The translations under genes and the position numbers were made by a program. This document shows positions 16,274 to 25,394 of a stretch of 32,000 bases of DNA, in pieces. The notes below the pieces were generated by a model. The model was not told where the DNA came from and made no database searches. It was given only the letters and a program-made list of their open reading frames with translations. This DNA comes from Candidatus Omnitrophota bacterium (GTDB taxonomy: Bacteria > Omnitrophota > Gorgyraeia > Duberdicusellales > 4484-171), in contig JAIPHU010000006.1 in NCBI GenBank assembly GCA_021735045.1, positions 1 through 32,000 on the forward strand, read 5' to 3'. The number at the start of each line of letters is the position of its first letter. Within the stretch, counting starts at the first letter, position 1.

Positions 16274-17125
16274 ATGAGTACAGCAATACTTTTAATTTCT
16301 TCTCCTGATCAAAAAGGTATTACTGCCTCAGTAACTAACTTTATCTATCAAAATAACGGTAATATCGAACACGCTGACCAACATATAGATTCTAATTCAA
16401 ACACTTTTTTTATGCGCATAGAGTGGTCGCTAAAAAACTTTTCTATTCCACGAAAAAAACTAAAAGAAGCTTTTAAGCCTTTAGCTGATAAATTTTCTAT
16501 GAACTGGTCGCTTCACTTTAGCGATAAAAACGAAAGGTTAGCTATCTTTGTGTCAGATAAGTATCACTGCCTCTATGACCTTCTGCACAAATATAAGCAA
16601 GGCTACCTGAACGGCAACATATCGTTGATTATAAGCAACCACAAACAAGCCGAACCAATAGCAAAATATTTTAAGATGCCATTTTATTATTTTCCTAAAA
16701 ATATTGACAATAGAGAAAAAATAGAAGCTAAAGAAATTTCGCTTTTAAAAAAAGAAAAAATAGACCTGGTGGTTTTAGCAAGATATATGCAGGTATTTAG
16801 TAAAAAATTTGTCGATATTTTCAAAAATAAGGCAATTAACATCCATCATTCATTCTTGCCAGCTTTTGCCGGCAATAATCCTTATCGACAAGCCCATCAG
16901 CGCGGAGTAAAAATAATTGGAGCAACCAGCCATTACATTACAGAAAAATTAGATAATGGGCCGATCATTGAACAAGATACAGCCCGGATAAGCCATCGCA
17001 ACTCACTAAAAGACCTAATGCGCAAGGGGCAAGATCTAGAAACAATGGTTTTAAGCCGAGCTGTACGGCTTCATCTTGATAAAAAAATATTAGTTTATGG
17101 AAATAAAACCGTTATTTTCGACTAA
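16274..17125 (+). CDS. purU: Formyltetrahydrofolate deformylase
   Basis: An N-terminal ACT-like domain plus a formyltransferase core (NIHHSFLPAFAG, HYITEKLDNGPII). The 283-aa length is typical. Confidence 0.85.
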   Translation: MSTAILLISSPDQKGITASVTNFIYQNNGNIEHADQHIDSNSNTFFMRIEWSLKNFSIPRKKLKEAFKPLADKFSMNWSLHFSDKNERLAIFVSDKYHCLYDLLHKYKQGYLNGNISLIISNHKQAEPIAKYFKMPFYYFPKNIDNREKIEAKEISLLKKEKIDLVVLARYMQVFSKKFVDIFKNKAINIHHSFLPAFAGNNPYRQAHQRGVKIIGATSHYITEKLDNGPIIEQDTARISHRNSLKDLMRKGQDLETMVLSRAVRLHLDKKILVYGNKTVIFD

Positions 17126-17168
17126 TTAAGATTATCCAAATTATAATATTGATGAAGAGCATTAAACA

Positions 17169-17177
17169 TGTTATAAT
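17169..17177 (+). promoter_or_regulatory. Extended -10 promoter (TGtTATAAT) for the ABC transporter operon
   Basis: TG at 17169-17170 and TATAAT at 17172-17177. A canonical SD (AAGGAGG, 17189-17195) and ATG 17200 follow. Confidence 0.4.
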
Positions 17178-17199
17178 TATTGACTTTTAAGGAGGAAAG

Positions 17200-18489
17200 A
17201 TGCGTAAATTTTTTACTTTTACAATCATTTTATTAGTTTGTTTTAGTTTAGTCGGCTGTGGAAAATCAAAGCAAGAAACCAGCCCAAAAGTTACTATTTG
17301 GCATTGGATGTCAGACAGACAAGATGCTTTTGAACAGTTAGCCAAAAAATATAAACAAGAAAATCAAATAAATATTAAGTTTGAACTTTTTCCTCACAGC
17401 GCTTATACCCAAAAGATAAATGCTGCCGTTGCTGCCAATGACCTGCCTGATTTATTTGGAATATTAGGCGAAAAACGGGTTCTGGCTAGCTTTGCTAAAG
17501 AGGGAAAAATTGAAGATTTAACCTCTTATATGCAAGAGGCACAATCTAGTTGGAAGAGGCGCTTTATAGATATCTGCCTAAAAGTTAATTCTTTTAAAGA
17601 TAATAACATTTACGATGTTAACCCGGGAATCTATGGAGTGCCGATAGATGCTATGAGCATTCAATTTCTCTATAACAAAAAATTGTTGAAAGAAGAAGGC
17701 TTTGATCCAAACACACCCCCCCAAACATTTACAGATCTCCTAAACATTGCTAAAAAAGCTGCAAATAAAAAAGATGTTTATGGATTTGCTTCGGGTTGGG
17801 GAGAAACATGGTTAATCTACTGTATGGCAACAAACTATGCTTTTGATATAATGGGGCAAGAAAAATTTCTTGATACAATCAAAGGAAAAGTTTCCTATAC
17901 CGATCCTGATTGGATAAAAGTTTTTTCTCTTTTTAAAGACCTGCAACAGTCAGGCAGTTTAGCCCCTGGCATAATCACTATGAACAATAAAGAAGCTGAG
18001 CAAATTTTTGCAACTAACAGGACTTTCTTTACTTTTAACGGTAGCTGGGGAGTAAATACTTATCAGCAGATCAATCCAGAGCTAGAATATTCAACTATGG
18101 CCCCGCCGCGTGCTAATCAAAATTATGCACCTGGTGTTTGGGCTGGAGCCGGAGCTTCATTTGTAGTAAACGCACAATCAAAAAATAAAAAACTAGCAAT
18201 TGAGTTTCTAAACTGGCTAACAGAAAAAGAACAGCAAATTTTTCTAATCAAAGAAACTAGCAATCTACCTTCGATTAAAGGCCTTAAAAAAAATATTCAA
18301 AGTGACATGAAATATTTTTTAGATAATCAACAATATTTTACCCATCCTAGGCTTTGGCCGGAAAATGAAAATTCACGAGTAGTGGAGGCAATAAATAGAG
18401 GGATACAAAATATTGTAATTGGTGAAAAAACGCCTCAAGAAGTAGCAGAAGAGGTTGCAAAAACTAAAAAACAATATAGTCAACAATAA
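17200..18489 (+). CDS. ABC transporter sugar-binding lipoprotein (CUT1 family)
   Basis: Lipobox LVGCGKS. The 429-aa length and motifs are typical of an extracellular solute-binding family 1 protein. Two permease genes follow. Confidence 0.8.
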   Translation: MRKFFTFTIILLVCFSLVGCGKSKQETSPKVTIWHWMSDRQDAFEQLAKKYKQENQINIKFELFPHSAYTQKINAAVAANDLPDLFGILGEKRVLASFAKEGKIEDLTSYMQEAQSSWKRRFIDICLKVNSFKDNNIYDVNPGIYGVPIDAMSIQFLYNKKLLKEEGFDPNTPPQTFTDLLNIAKKAANKKDVYGFASGWGETWLIYCMATNYAFDIMGQEKFLDTIKGKVSYTDPDWIKVFSLFKDLQQSGSLAPGIITMNNKEAEQIFATNRTFFTFNGSWGVNTYQQINPELEYSTMAPPRANQNYAPGVWAGAGASFVVNAQSKNKKLAIEFLNWLTEKEQQIFLIKETSNLPSIKGLKKNIQSDMKYFLDNQQYFTHPRLWPENENSRVVEAINRGIQNIVIGEKTPQEVAEEVAKTKKQYSQQ

Positions 18490-18493
18490 AAAA

Positions 18494-19573
18494 ATGAACA
18501 AAAAAGAACAACTGATAAATTTTTCTTTTGTGGCGCCAGCCTTAGCAATTTTTTCTTTTTTTTATATTATTCCGTTTTTTTATACTTTTTGGCTCTCTCT
18601 GCATAAGGCATCTCCAACAAATGTTTTGGACTTAAATTTTGTTGGTGCCCAAAACTTTAAAGATATTTTTTCTCCCCAAATTTTTATTGTTTTGGTTGCA
18701 GTTGTAGGCATTTTTTTAATACTATTTGCTTTAAAAAATAAATTTCAAAAACTATCCTTAAACAACAAAAAAGGACTAGCTCAAACCCTCCAGTTTGCAA
18801 CAATAGCTATTGGCGGGGCCTGCCTTATCTATGCGGCTACAACTTTTATCACCATATCTAGGCAAGCAATTGATTTTAACCCGGATCTGCAATGGTGGAA
18901 TTCAGTACGACGCTCTTTCTACATAACTTTATGGGGCTTAACTTTTCAAAATTGTTTAGCATTTATTCTAGCCCTGGGGGTAGACCGGGCGACAAGAACC
19001 GGAAAATTATACCGGGTAATATTTTTTCTTCTCCCTGTTTTAGGAGAAGTAATCATTGGTTTACTGCTTAGAATCATGCTTTCTCACTACCCAGGCGTCT
19101 TTAACCACCTCCTGGAAAATATTGGCTTAGGCCAGTGGGCCCAAAACTGGTTAGGAAAAGACATGGCTTTGGCCACTTTAGCCGTAAGCCATTGCTGGCG
19201 TGGTTTTGGTTATGGTTTTATAATTTTACTGGCCGGCTTACAAACTATACCTGAGCAGTTATATGAAGCAGCCCGCATCGACGGAGCTAATGCTTGGCAT
19301 CGATTTACCAAAATTACTGTTCCGATGTTAGTTCCAATTATTTTTTTAGTAATAATTTTGACAATTCTAGGAACAGTACAAATCATTGGATTACCGATGG
19401 CTTTAACCCGCGGTGGGCCAGCCGGTAAAACCACTGTTTCGGTATTGCGAATATTCTATGACCTAAATAATAGCCACGTGGGTTATGCTTCGGCCGAAGG
19501 GTTGATATTAGGATTAATTTTAGTAACATTATCATTTGGTATGCTTAAGATATCAAAAAAAATGAAAAGTTAA
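18494..19573 (+). CDS. ABC sugar transporter permease (MalF/UgpA-like) with an extra hydrophobic insertion
   Basis: EAA-type loop (EAARIDGANAWHRFTKITVPM). The start was set at ATG 18494. It is about 70 residues longer than typical, with additional TM-like segments. Confidence 0.75.
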   Translation: MNKKEQLINFSFVAPALAIFSFFYIIPFFYTFWLSLHKASPTNVLDLNFVGAQNFKDIFSPQIFIVLVAVVGIFLILFALKNKFQKLSLNNKKGLAQTLQFATIAIGGACLIYAATTFITISRQAIDFNPDLQWWNSVRRSFYITLWGLTFQNCLAFILALGVDRATRTGKLYRVIFFLLPVLGEVIIGLLLRIMLSHYPGVFNHLLENIGLGQWAQNWLGKDMALATLAVSHCWRGFGYGFIILLAGLQTIPEQLYEAARIDGANAWHRFTKITVPMLVPIIFLVIILTILGTVQIIGLPMALTRGGPAGKTTVSVLRIFYDLNNSHVGYASAEGLILGLILVTLSFGMLKISKKMKS

Positions 19574-20419
19574 ATGCCAGAACAAGTTAAAAAAACACTT
19601 TATCTCTTAGTCATCCATACTCTTTTAATAGCAGTTGCCCTCAGCTGTATATTCCCCTTTGTCTGGATGATTAACTCTTCACTAAAACCAAATAGTGAAT
19701 TTATTCAAGACCATGGTTTTGAACCTCCTAGTGAAGTAAATTTCGAAAACTATATCTACACTTTTACCAAAGGCAACTTAGGTACCTACTTTTTAAACAG
19801 TATTCTTTATACTTTTCTTACGGTAATCGCAATTGTCATAATATCCTCACTGGCTGGTTACGGAATATCCCGCTTGAAATTTAAAGGAAAAAATCTTATC
19901 TTTTATATGATTCTGGCTGCAATGATGATTCCGATTCCCGCCGCTTTTGTCCCATTATATGTTCTTTTAAAAGGAGTAGGGCTTCTCAACACCAGAATTG
20001 GTTATATTTTAGCTATGGTTAATGTAGGGCTTTCTTTGAGTATTTATCTTTACAAAACCTTTTTTGACCAGTTACCTAAAGACCTAGAAGAATCAGCCCG
20101 TATTGATGGTTGTGGAAAATTACGAATCTGGTGGCACGTAATGTTTCCTTTAGCTAAGCCAGCAACCGGTGTAGTGGTGATCTTTAATGCCTTAAATGTT
20201 TGGAATGAACTAATATTAGCATTGGTTATCTTAAGCCGTAAAGGCCTGATGCCTTTACAAGTTGGGCTGTTAAAGTTTTCCCAAAGCAGTGTAGGGTTAA
20301 CTCAATACACAACCCTTATGGCAGCTTTAACAATTGCTGCCTTGCCAATTATCATAATTTACCTTATAATGCAGAAACACATTATTAAAGGAATGACAGC
20401 CGGAGCAACCGTAGGATGA
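19574..20419 (+). CDS. ABC sugar transporter permease (MalG/UgpE-like)
   Basis: EAA loop ESARIDGCGKLRIWWHVMFPL. Six TM segments. Confidence 0.8.
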   Translation: MPEQVKKTLYLLVIHTLLIAVALSCIFPFVWMINSSLKPNSEFIQDHGFEPPSEVNFENYIYTFTKGNLGTYFLNSILYTFLTVIAIVIISSLAGYGISRLKFKGKNLIFYMILAAMMIPIPAAFVPLYVLLKGVGLLNTRIGYILAMVNVGLSLSIYLYKTFFDQLPKDLEESARIDGCGKLRIWWHVMFPLAKPATGVVVIFNALNVWNELILALVILSRKGLMPLQVGLLKFSQSSVGLTQYTTLMAALTIAALPIIIIYLIMQKHIIKGMTAGATVG

Positions 20420-20432
20420 TAAAGATAACGGA

Positions 20433-20475
20433 TAATCAACGAATTTACGAACCTATTACGAATATACGAATAAAT
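20433..20475 (+). repeat. Intergenic repeat element, copy A (two ACGAATWTACGAA 13-mers 19 nt apart)
   Basis: 36/43 identity to 29597-29639. The 13-mers lie at 20439-20451 and 20458-20470. Confidence 0.7.
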
Positions 20476-20525
20476 ATAAAGAATAATGGAGGGAGCAGGC
20501 CTGCCTGTTCTATTAACAGATTAGG

Positions 20526-22841
20526 ATGAAGAATATGAAAAAAATAAATGATAAAAAAAATAAAATCAAAAAATCGCTGTTATGCATAGTTTTTCTATCT
20601 TCTATCTTCTATCTTCTCCCTTCTTTATGCTACGGGCAGGATTCAGGGAAATTTGTAAGCAAAAGTTGGTCTGCGCTTGGCCAACGGAACTTTGATAAAG
20701 TCTATCAACTAACCGATGAATGTATTCAAACCTTCACAACAAAGGCAAAAAAACAAGCTAGCAAACTAAATGATTTTCCTGCCAAAAAAGAAGAAGCCAA
20801 CTATAAAGTTATGAACGATGTTGCTACTTGTTACTTTATAAAAGCTGAAAGTTATATGCGAGAAGAAAAAAAAGAAAAAGCAATTGAAACATTTCAAGAA
20901 GTTATAGAAAAATACCCCTATGCGCAAAGTTTTGACCCGCGCGGTTGGTACTGGTCAATACAAGAAAAAGCTAAAAGCTCAATTGAAAAACTCAAAACCG
21001 GAAAAATTGGAAAAGAAGAATCAAAAGAAGAGGTAGTTATTACTCAGGTTAAACTTTATGATCCAGGAAAAAAGTTACCAATTGACTACGAAAAATTCGG
21101 AGAATTTAAAGGAGCCGGAACAAAAAATTATGAATATATCATTAAAAAGCCTATAGAACTGGCTGAAGCAGTGGGAGAAGGAATTTTCCCCAACACAAAC
21201 TCAGTCAAATTTGACCCACGCTATCAAGAGATAAAAAATAAACTTTATAAGATTGATCATTGGAAAGTATTAAACTCGCGAAACCTAAACGCTGCTTTTT
21301 ATAAATGGATAAAAACTCCTGAACCAGCGGGAATCCGTCAATTTCATATTGGAGAAATTTTAGAAAAAAGTGGCTTGATTGAACACGCCGTTAAAGCTTA
21401 CTATGCAGTAATAGTTCATTTTCCTGAAACTTATGGATGGACCTATTGGCATACTCCTTGGTATGTAGGTAATGCTGCTTTATACAGAATAAAATACCTT
21501 CTTCAAAATCATCCTGAACTAGGCCTGAGATTAGAAGATGCAGAAATTACTATAATCAATGGCTTTGATAACAATATTAGAAATGATAGTTTCATTGTAA
21601 ATCCTGGAAAAATTACTAAAAAACCGTTTTGGGAAAAATTGTTTAGTAAAGACGGTTGCGCAAAAAAGAAAAGAAAACTGGGAAAAGTCATAAAAGAATC
21701 AGGTAAGAAAGTAAAATTAGTTCAATATCAAAATGGAGATTGGCAGCTTAAGGTCAATGGGAAACCCTTTATTTTAAAGGCTGTAACCTATGACCCAACT
21801 CGAGTCGGTGAATCGCCAGACGAAGGAACTATGGAAAATTGGACAGTTCAAGATATAAATAATAATGATTTGATTGATGCTCCCTATGAAGCTTGGGTCG
21901 ATAAAAACAACAATAATCAAAAAGACAAAGGCGAAAAAAAAGTAGGAGATTTTCAACTAATGGCTGATATGGGGGTAAATGCAATCAGGCTTTATCATCA
22001 ACCATTTGAAAGAAATAAAAAAATTATTAGACAAATGTATGAAAAATATGGTATATATACCCTAATCGGCGATTTTTTAGGCAAATATACTTTAGGGAGC
22101 GGGGCTAAGTGGGAAGATGGTACAGATTACGAAAACCCTGCTGATCAAGAAAATATGCTCAAAAGCGTAAAAAAAATGGTCACAACTTGGAGGGATGAAG
22201 ACGCTATTTTATTTTGGGTCTTAGGAAATGAAAATGTTTATGGGTTAGGCTGTAATGCGGATAAAAAACCAGACAGTTTTTTTAAGTTTGCCAACCGAGC
22301 AGCTAAATTGATAAAAAAACTAGATCCTAAAAAACGCCCCGTGGCAATTGCTTCAGGTGACACTTTATATCTGGATCTATTTGCTAAAAATTGTCCCGAT
22401 ATTGATATCTTTGGCACCAACTCTTATCGGGGTAAATATGGCTTCCTAGGGCTTTTTGAAGACGTAAAAAGGATCTCGGGAAAGCCAGCTATTATCACCG
22501 AATATGGAGCACCATCTTATGCCAAAGGCTACAGCCAAGAAGAAGCACAAGACTATCAGGCTCAATACCATCAAGGTTGTTGGAATGATATAATCTGTAA
22601 TTCAGCCGGTTATGGAGCTGGAAATGTATTAGGAGCTGTTGCTTATGAATGGATTGATGAATGGTGGAAAGCATATGAACCAACTTACCATGATAAGGAA
22701 GGACTTTTTAGCGGACCTTTTTTAGACGGTTATATGCATGAAGAGTGGCTAGGTTTAATCAGTCAAGGAGATGGCAGCAAATCTCCTTTTCTTCGACAAC
22801 CTAAAAAATCTTACTTTAAATATAAAAAGCTTTGGAATTAA
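20526..22841 (+). CDS. Exported TPR-like plus clan GH-A (beta/alpha)8 glycoside hydrolase-like protein (771 aa)
   Basis: A signal-like N-terminus and a helical-repeat region. The C-terminal half carries MGVNAIRLYH, WVLGNENVYG (putative acid/base NE), IITEYGAPSY (putative nucleophile E) and YEWIDEWWK. It is a paralogue of 24059..25324. Confidence 0.6.
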   Translation: MKNMKKINDKKNKIKKSLLCIVFLSSIFYLLPSLCYGQDSGKFVSKSWSALGQRNFDKVYQLTDECIQTFTTKAKKQASKLNDFPAKKEEANYKVMNDVATCYFIKAESYMREEKKEKAIETFQEVIEKYPYAQSFDPRGWYWSIQEKAKSSIEKLKTGKIGKEESKEEVVITQVKLYDPGKKLPIDYEKFGEFKGAGTKNYEYIIKKPIELAEAVGEGIFPNTNSVKFDPRYQEIKNKLYKIDHWKVLNSRNLNAAFYKWIKTPEPAGIRQFHIGEILEKSGLIEHAVKAYYAVIVHFPETYGWTYWHTPWYVGNAALYRIKYLLQNHPELGLRLEDAEITIINGFDNNIRNDSFIVNPGKITKKPFWEKLFSKDGCAKKKRKLGKVIKESGKKVKLVQYQNGDWQLKVNGKPFILKAVTYDPTRVGESPDEGTMENWTVQDINNNDLIDAPYEAWVDKNNNNQKDKGEKKVGDFQLMADMGVNAIRLYHQPFERNKKIIRQMYEKYGIYTLIGDFLGKYTLGSGAKWEDGTDYENPADQENMLKSVKKMVTTWRDEDAILFWVLGNENVYGLGCNADKKPDSFFKFANRAAKLIKKLDPKKRPVAIASGDTLYLDLFAKNCPDIDIFGTNSYRGKYGFLGLFEDVKRISGKPAIITEYGAPSYAKGYSQEEAQDYQAQYHQGCWNDIICNSAGYGAGNVLGAVAYEWIDEWWKAYEPTYHDKEGLFSGPFLDGYMHEEWLGLISQGDGSKSPFLRQPKKSYFKYKKLWN

Positions 22842-22861
22842 CTAAACAAAAGGAGGTTTAG

Positions 22862-24046
22862 ATGAAAAAAATAGCTTTATTTAGCATCTTAGGTGCCTTT
22901 TTAATTTTAACTCTCTCAGCAGGAGCTCAAGAAGCGGCCTGCGAAACAGATGATTTTTACATCTATGCTGATAAAAACTCACCTAAAAACCACTTTATCC
23001 CTTCTGGTTGGATGGGAGATACCAACGATTTGGCCTTTAATGATCAAGCTACCGAAGAAGCACTTTCTGGTGGCACATCAATCAAATTAACCTATGAGCC
23101 GGAAAAAGGACAAGGCCAAGGCTGGGCTGGAATCTATTGGCAATCTGCTCAAAATAATTGGGGAACCAGAGATTCTGGTTACGATCTATCTCAATATAAT
23201 AAGTTGGTTTTTTCCGCAAAAGGCACAGAAGGCGGGGAAGTAATAACGAAAGTAAAAGTTGGTGGAATAACTACAAAGGGAATGACTGGTGAACCAGTTG
23301 CTTACCCAGACACTGCTAATGTAGAAGCAGGGCCATTTAGAATCACTGACAACTGGCAAGAGTATCAGGTTAATTTAGCTGACAAAGATCTTTCCTATAT
23401 AAATGGAGGGCTTTCAATAATTTTTAATGCTGATCAAGCAGAAGAAGAACAAACTATCTACATCGATGATATCCGCTACGCCTACGAACCTGACCTAACT
23501 GCCAAAGACGATTCAACCAACTTCCCATTTTATGTATATGCAGATAGTAACTCTTTAGATAATCATTTTGTTCCATCTGGTTGGATGCCAGCTACTGCCG
23601 CAAAAGATGTTCGCATAGATACCAATTGGAAAAATTATCCTTTTAGCGGAAATACTTGCATTAGAGTGGAGTATAACAACAACTCTGGAACTCGCTGGGC
23701 CGGCGTATATTGGCAACAGCCTGCTAACAACTGGGGAACAATTCCCAACGCTGGTTATGACCTTCAAGGAGCCAAGAAACTTACTTTTTGGGCCAGAGGC
23801 GATAAGGGAGATGAAGTTATTTATGAGTTTAAAATGGGGGGCTTATCTAGCGGTCAATATATTGACTCAGATAGTGCAAGTATAGGCCCTATTGAACTTT
23901 CAAAAGAATGGGAAAAATATGAAATTGATCTACGCGGCAGAGATCTTTCCTATATAATCGGTGGGTTTGCTTGGGCAACTAATATTGACATCAACGACCC
24001 AGAAGGTATTGTTTTCTACATTGACGAAATTAAATACGAAAAGTAA
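22862..24046 (+). CDS. Secreted protein with two tandem CBM-like beta-sandwich repeats
   Basis: A signal peptide followed by two about 180-aa repeats. The repeats share FY[IV]YAD.NS..NHF[IV]PSGWM, WAG[IV]YWQ, NNWGT, GYDL and YID[DE]I.Y. Confidence 0.6.
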   Translation: MKKIALFSILGAFLILTLSAGAQEAACETDDFYIYADKNSPKNHFIPSGWMGDTNDLAFNDQATEEALSGGTSIKLTYEPEKGQGQGWAGIYWQSAQNNWGTRDSGYDLSQYNKLVFSAKGTEGGEVITKVKVGGITTKGMTGEPVAYPDTANVEAGPFRITDNWQEYQVNLADKDLSYINGGLSIIFNADQAEEEQTIYIDDIRYAYEPDLTAKDDSTNFPFYVYADSNSLDNHFVPSGWMPATAAKDVRIDTNWKNYPFSGNTCIRVEYNNNSGTRWAGVYWQQPANNWGTIPNAGYDLQGAKKLTFWARGDKGDEVIYEFKMGGLSSGQYIDSDSASIGPIELSKEWEKYEIDLRGRDLSYIIGGFAWATNIDINDPEGIVFYIDEIKYEK

Positions 24047-24058
24047 ATCTAAAGTTAA

Positions 24059-25324
24059 ATGAACTATTTTCAAAAACCAATAAAACATACAGGATGTATC
24101 CTCTTAGTTTTTACTCTTTTTTTATTTTTAGCTAACAGTAGCTATGCTGAAGCTAACTCAGTAGAAATTGAGAAAAATATACAAGGAGGATACACCCTGT
24201 ATGTAGACCAGAAACCATTTTTAGCTAAAGGAGTTATCTACAACCCCACTCCAATTGGAAAAGGCCCCGAGTATAACTTTTTCACCCACAAGCCAAAACC
24301 TTGGATGACTGGTGATGGAAAACTTATGGCCGAAATGGGAGTAAACGCAGTAAGAGTTTATTCAACCGGTGACGATATAGAGGCGATGAAGGAGTTTATC
24401 AGTGATCTTTACCAAAATTACGGAATTTATACAGCAGTAAGTGATTGGTTAGGACTTTGGGACCACCCCAGAGCAAACTATGCTGATCCAATTTTTCGCC
24501 AAACAACAAAAAAAAGAATTTTAAATATTGTCAGGGAACTAAAAGATCAAGAAGGAATATTGATGTGGATCTTAGGTAATGAAAATAACTACACTTTTTC
24601 CGGAAAAATTGGTTTTTGGACTTCTCCTGAAATTGAAAAAATTGACAAAATATATAAAAAACAACAAAAAAGAGCAGAAATTTACTACTCTTTTATCAAT
24701 GAGCTAGCAACTGAGATTAAAAAAATAGACCCTAACCATCCAGTTGCTTTAGGTAACGGAGAGGCTAGTTTTCTCGATATCGCCTCAGAAAATTGTAAAA
24801 ATATTGACGCTTTAGCGATTATAATTTATCGCGGCAAGACTTTCGGAAATATTTTTGATAATATACGCAACACCTTTGATAAGCCGATTATTCTCTCTGA
24901 GTTTGGCTGTGATTCATATAATGCTTACCGAAAAAAGGAAGATCAAGATATTCAGTCGGAGTTTATTATTTCTCAATGGGAAAAAGTTTACAGCAACAGC
25001 ACAATCAGCGGTAATGAGGCTGGAAATGTCTTAGGCGGTTTTGTTTTTGAATGGACTGATGAATGGTGGAAGTTCAACGAAGGTTTTCCTGAGGGTTGGT
25101 CAGAACATGATGCTCAAGCTGGTTGGTCAAACGGTTCTTATTATTATGATATTCGTGCAAAACACAATCAAAATATGAATGAAGAATGGTTTGGAATTAT
25201 ATCTTTGCGTAAACAAAAAGAAGACGGCTTAAACAAAAGAATACCTAAACAAGCTTACTTTAAACTAAAAGAATATTTCCAAAAAATAGAAGAAAGAAGA
25301 GTTTTACCTGCCGATAAAAAATAA
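24059..25324 (+). CDS. Exported clan GH-A (beta/alpha)8 glycoside hydrolase-like protein (421 aa)
   Basis: MGVNAVRVYS, WILGNENNY, IILSEFGCDSYN, FVFEWTDEWWK and EEWFGIIS. The catalytic-core motif order is the same as in 20526..22841. Confidence 0.6.
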   Translation: MNYFQKPIKHTGCILLVFTLFLFLANSSYAEANSVEIEKNIQGGYTLYVDQKPFLAKGVIYNPTPIGKGPEYNFFTHKPKPWMTGDGKLMAEMGVNAVRVYSTGDDIEAMKEFISDLYQNYGIYTAVSDWLGLWDHPRANYADPIFRQTTKKRILNIVRELKDQEGILMWILGNENNYTFSGKIGFWTSPEIEKIDKIYKKQQKRAEIYYSFINELATEIKKIDPNHPVALGNGEASFLDIASENCKNIDALAIIIYRGKTFGNIFDNIRNTFDKPIILSEFGCDSYNAYRKKEDQDIQSEFIISQWEKVYSNSTISGNEAGNVLGGFVFEWTDEWWKFNEGFPEGWSEHDAQAGWSNGSYYYDIRAKHNQNMNEEWFGIISLRKQKEDGLNKRIPKQAYFKLKEYFQKIEERRVLPADKK

Positions 25325-25379
25325 CCAACCTTTTTAACTAGTTAAATAAATCTATCATCTTTATTTATTTTTTCATTTT

Positions 25380-25388
25380 TGATATAAT
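25380..25388 (+). promoter_or_regulatory. Extended -10 promoter (TGaTATAAT), probably leaderless
   Basis: TG at 25380-25381 and TATAAT at 25383-25388. The ATG at 25395 is 6 nt downstream. Confidence 0.45.
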
Positions 25389-25394
25389 AAAAAT

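Noticed and set aside
20495-20504. Perfect palindrome GCAGGCCTGC after the permease gene, considered as a terminator
   Set aside because: It has no loop and no downstream T-tract, so it cannot form a stable intrinsic terminator hairpin.
25334-25345. Palindrome TTAACTAGTTAA after the second hydrolase gene, considered as a terminator
   Set aside because: It is an all-AT-dominated 12-mer with no loop, so any hairpin would be weak. It is not convincing as a terminator.
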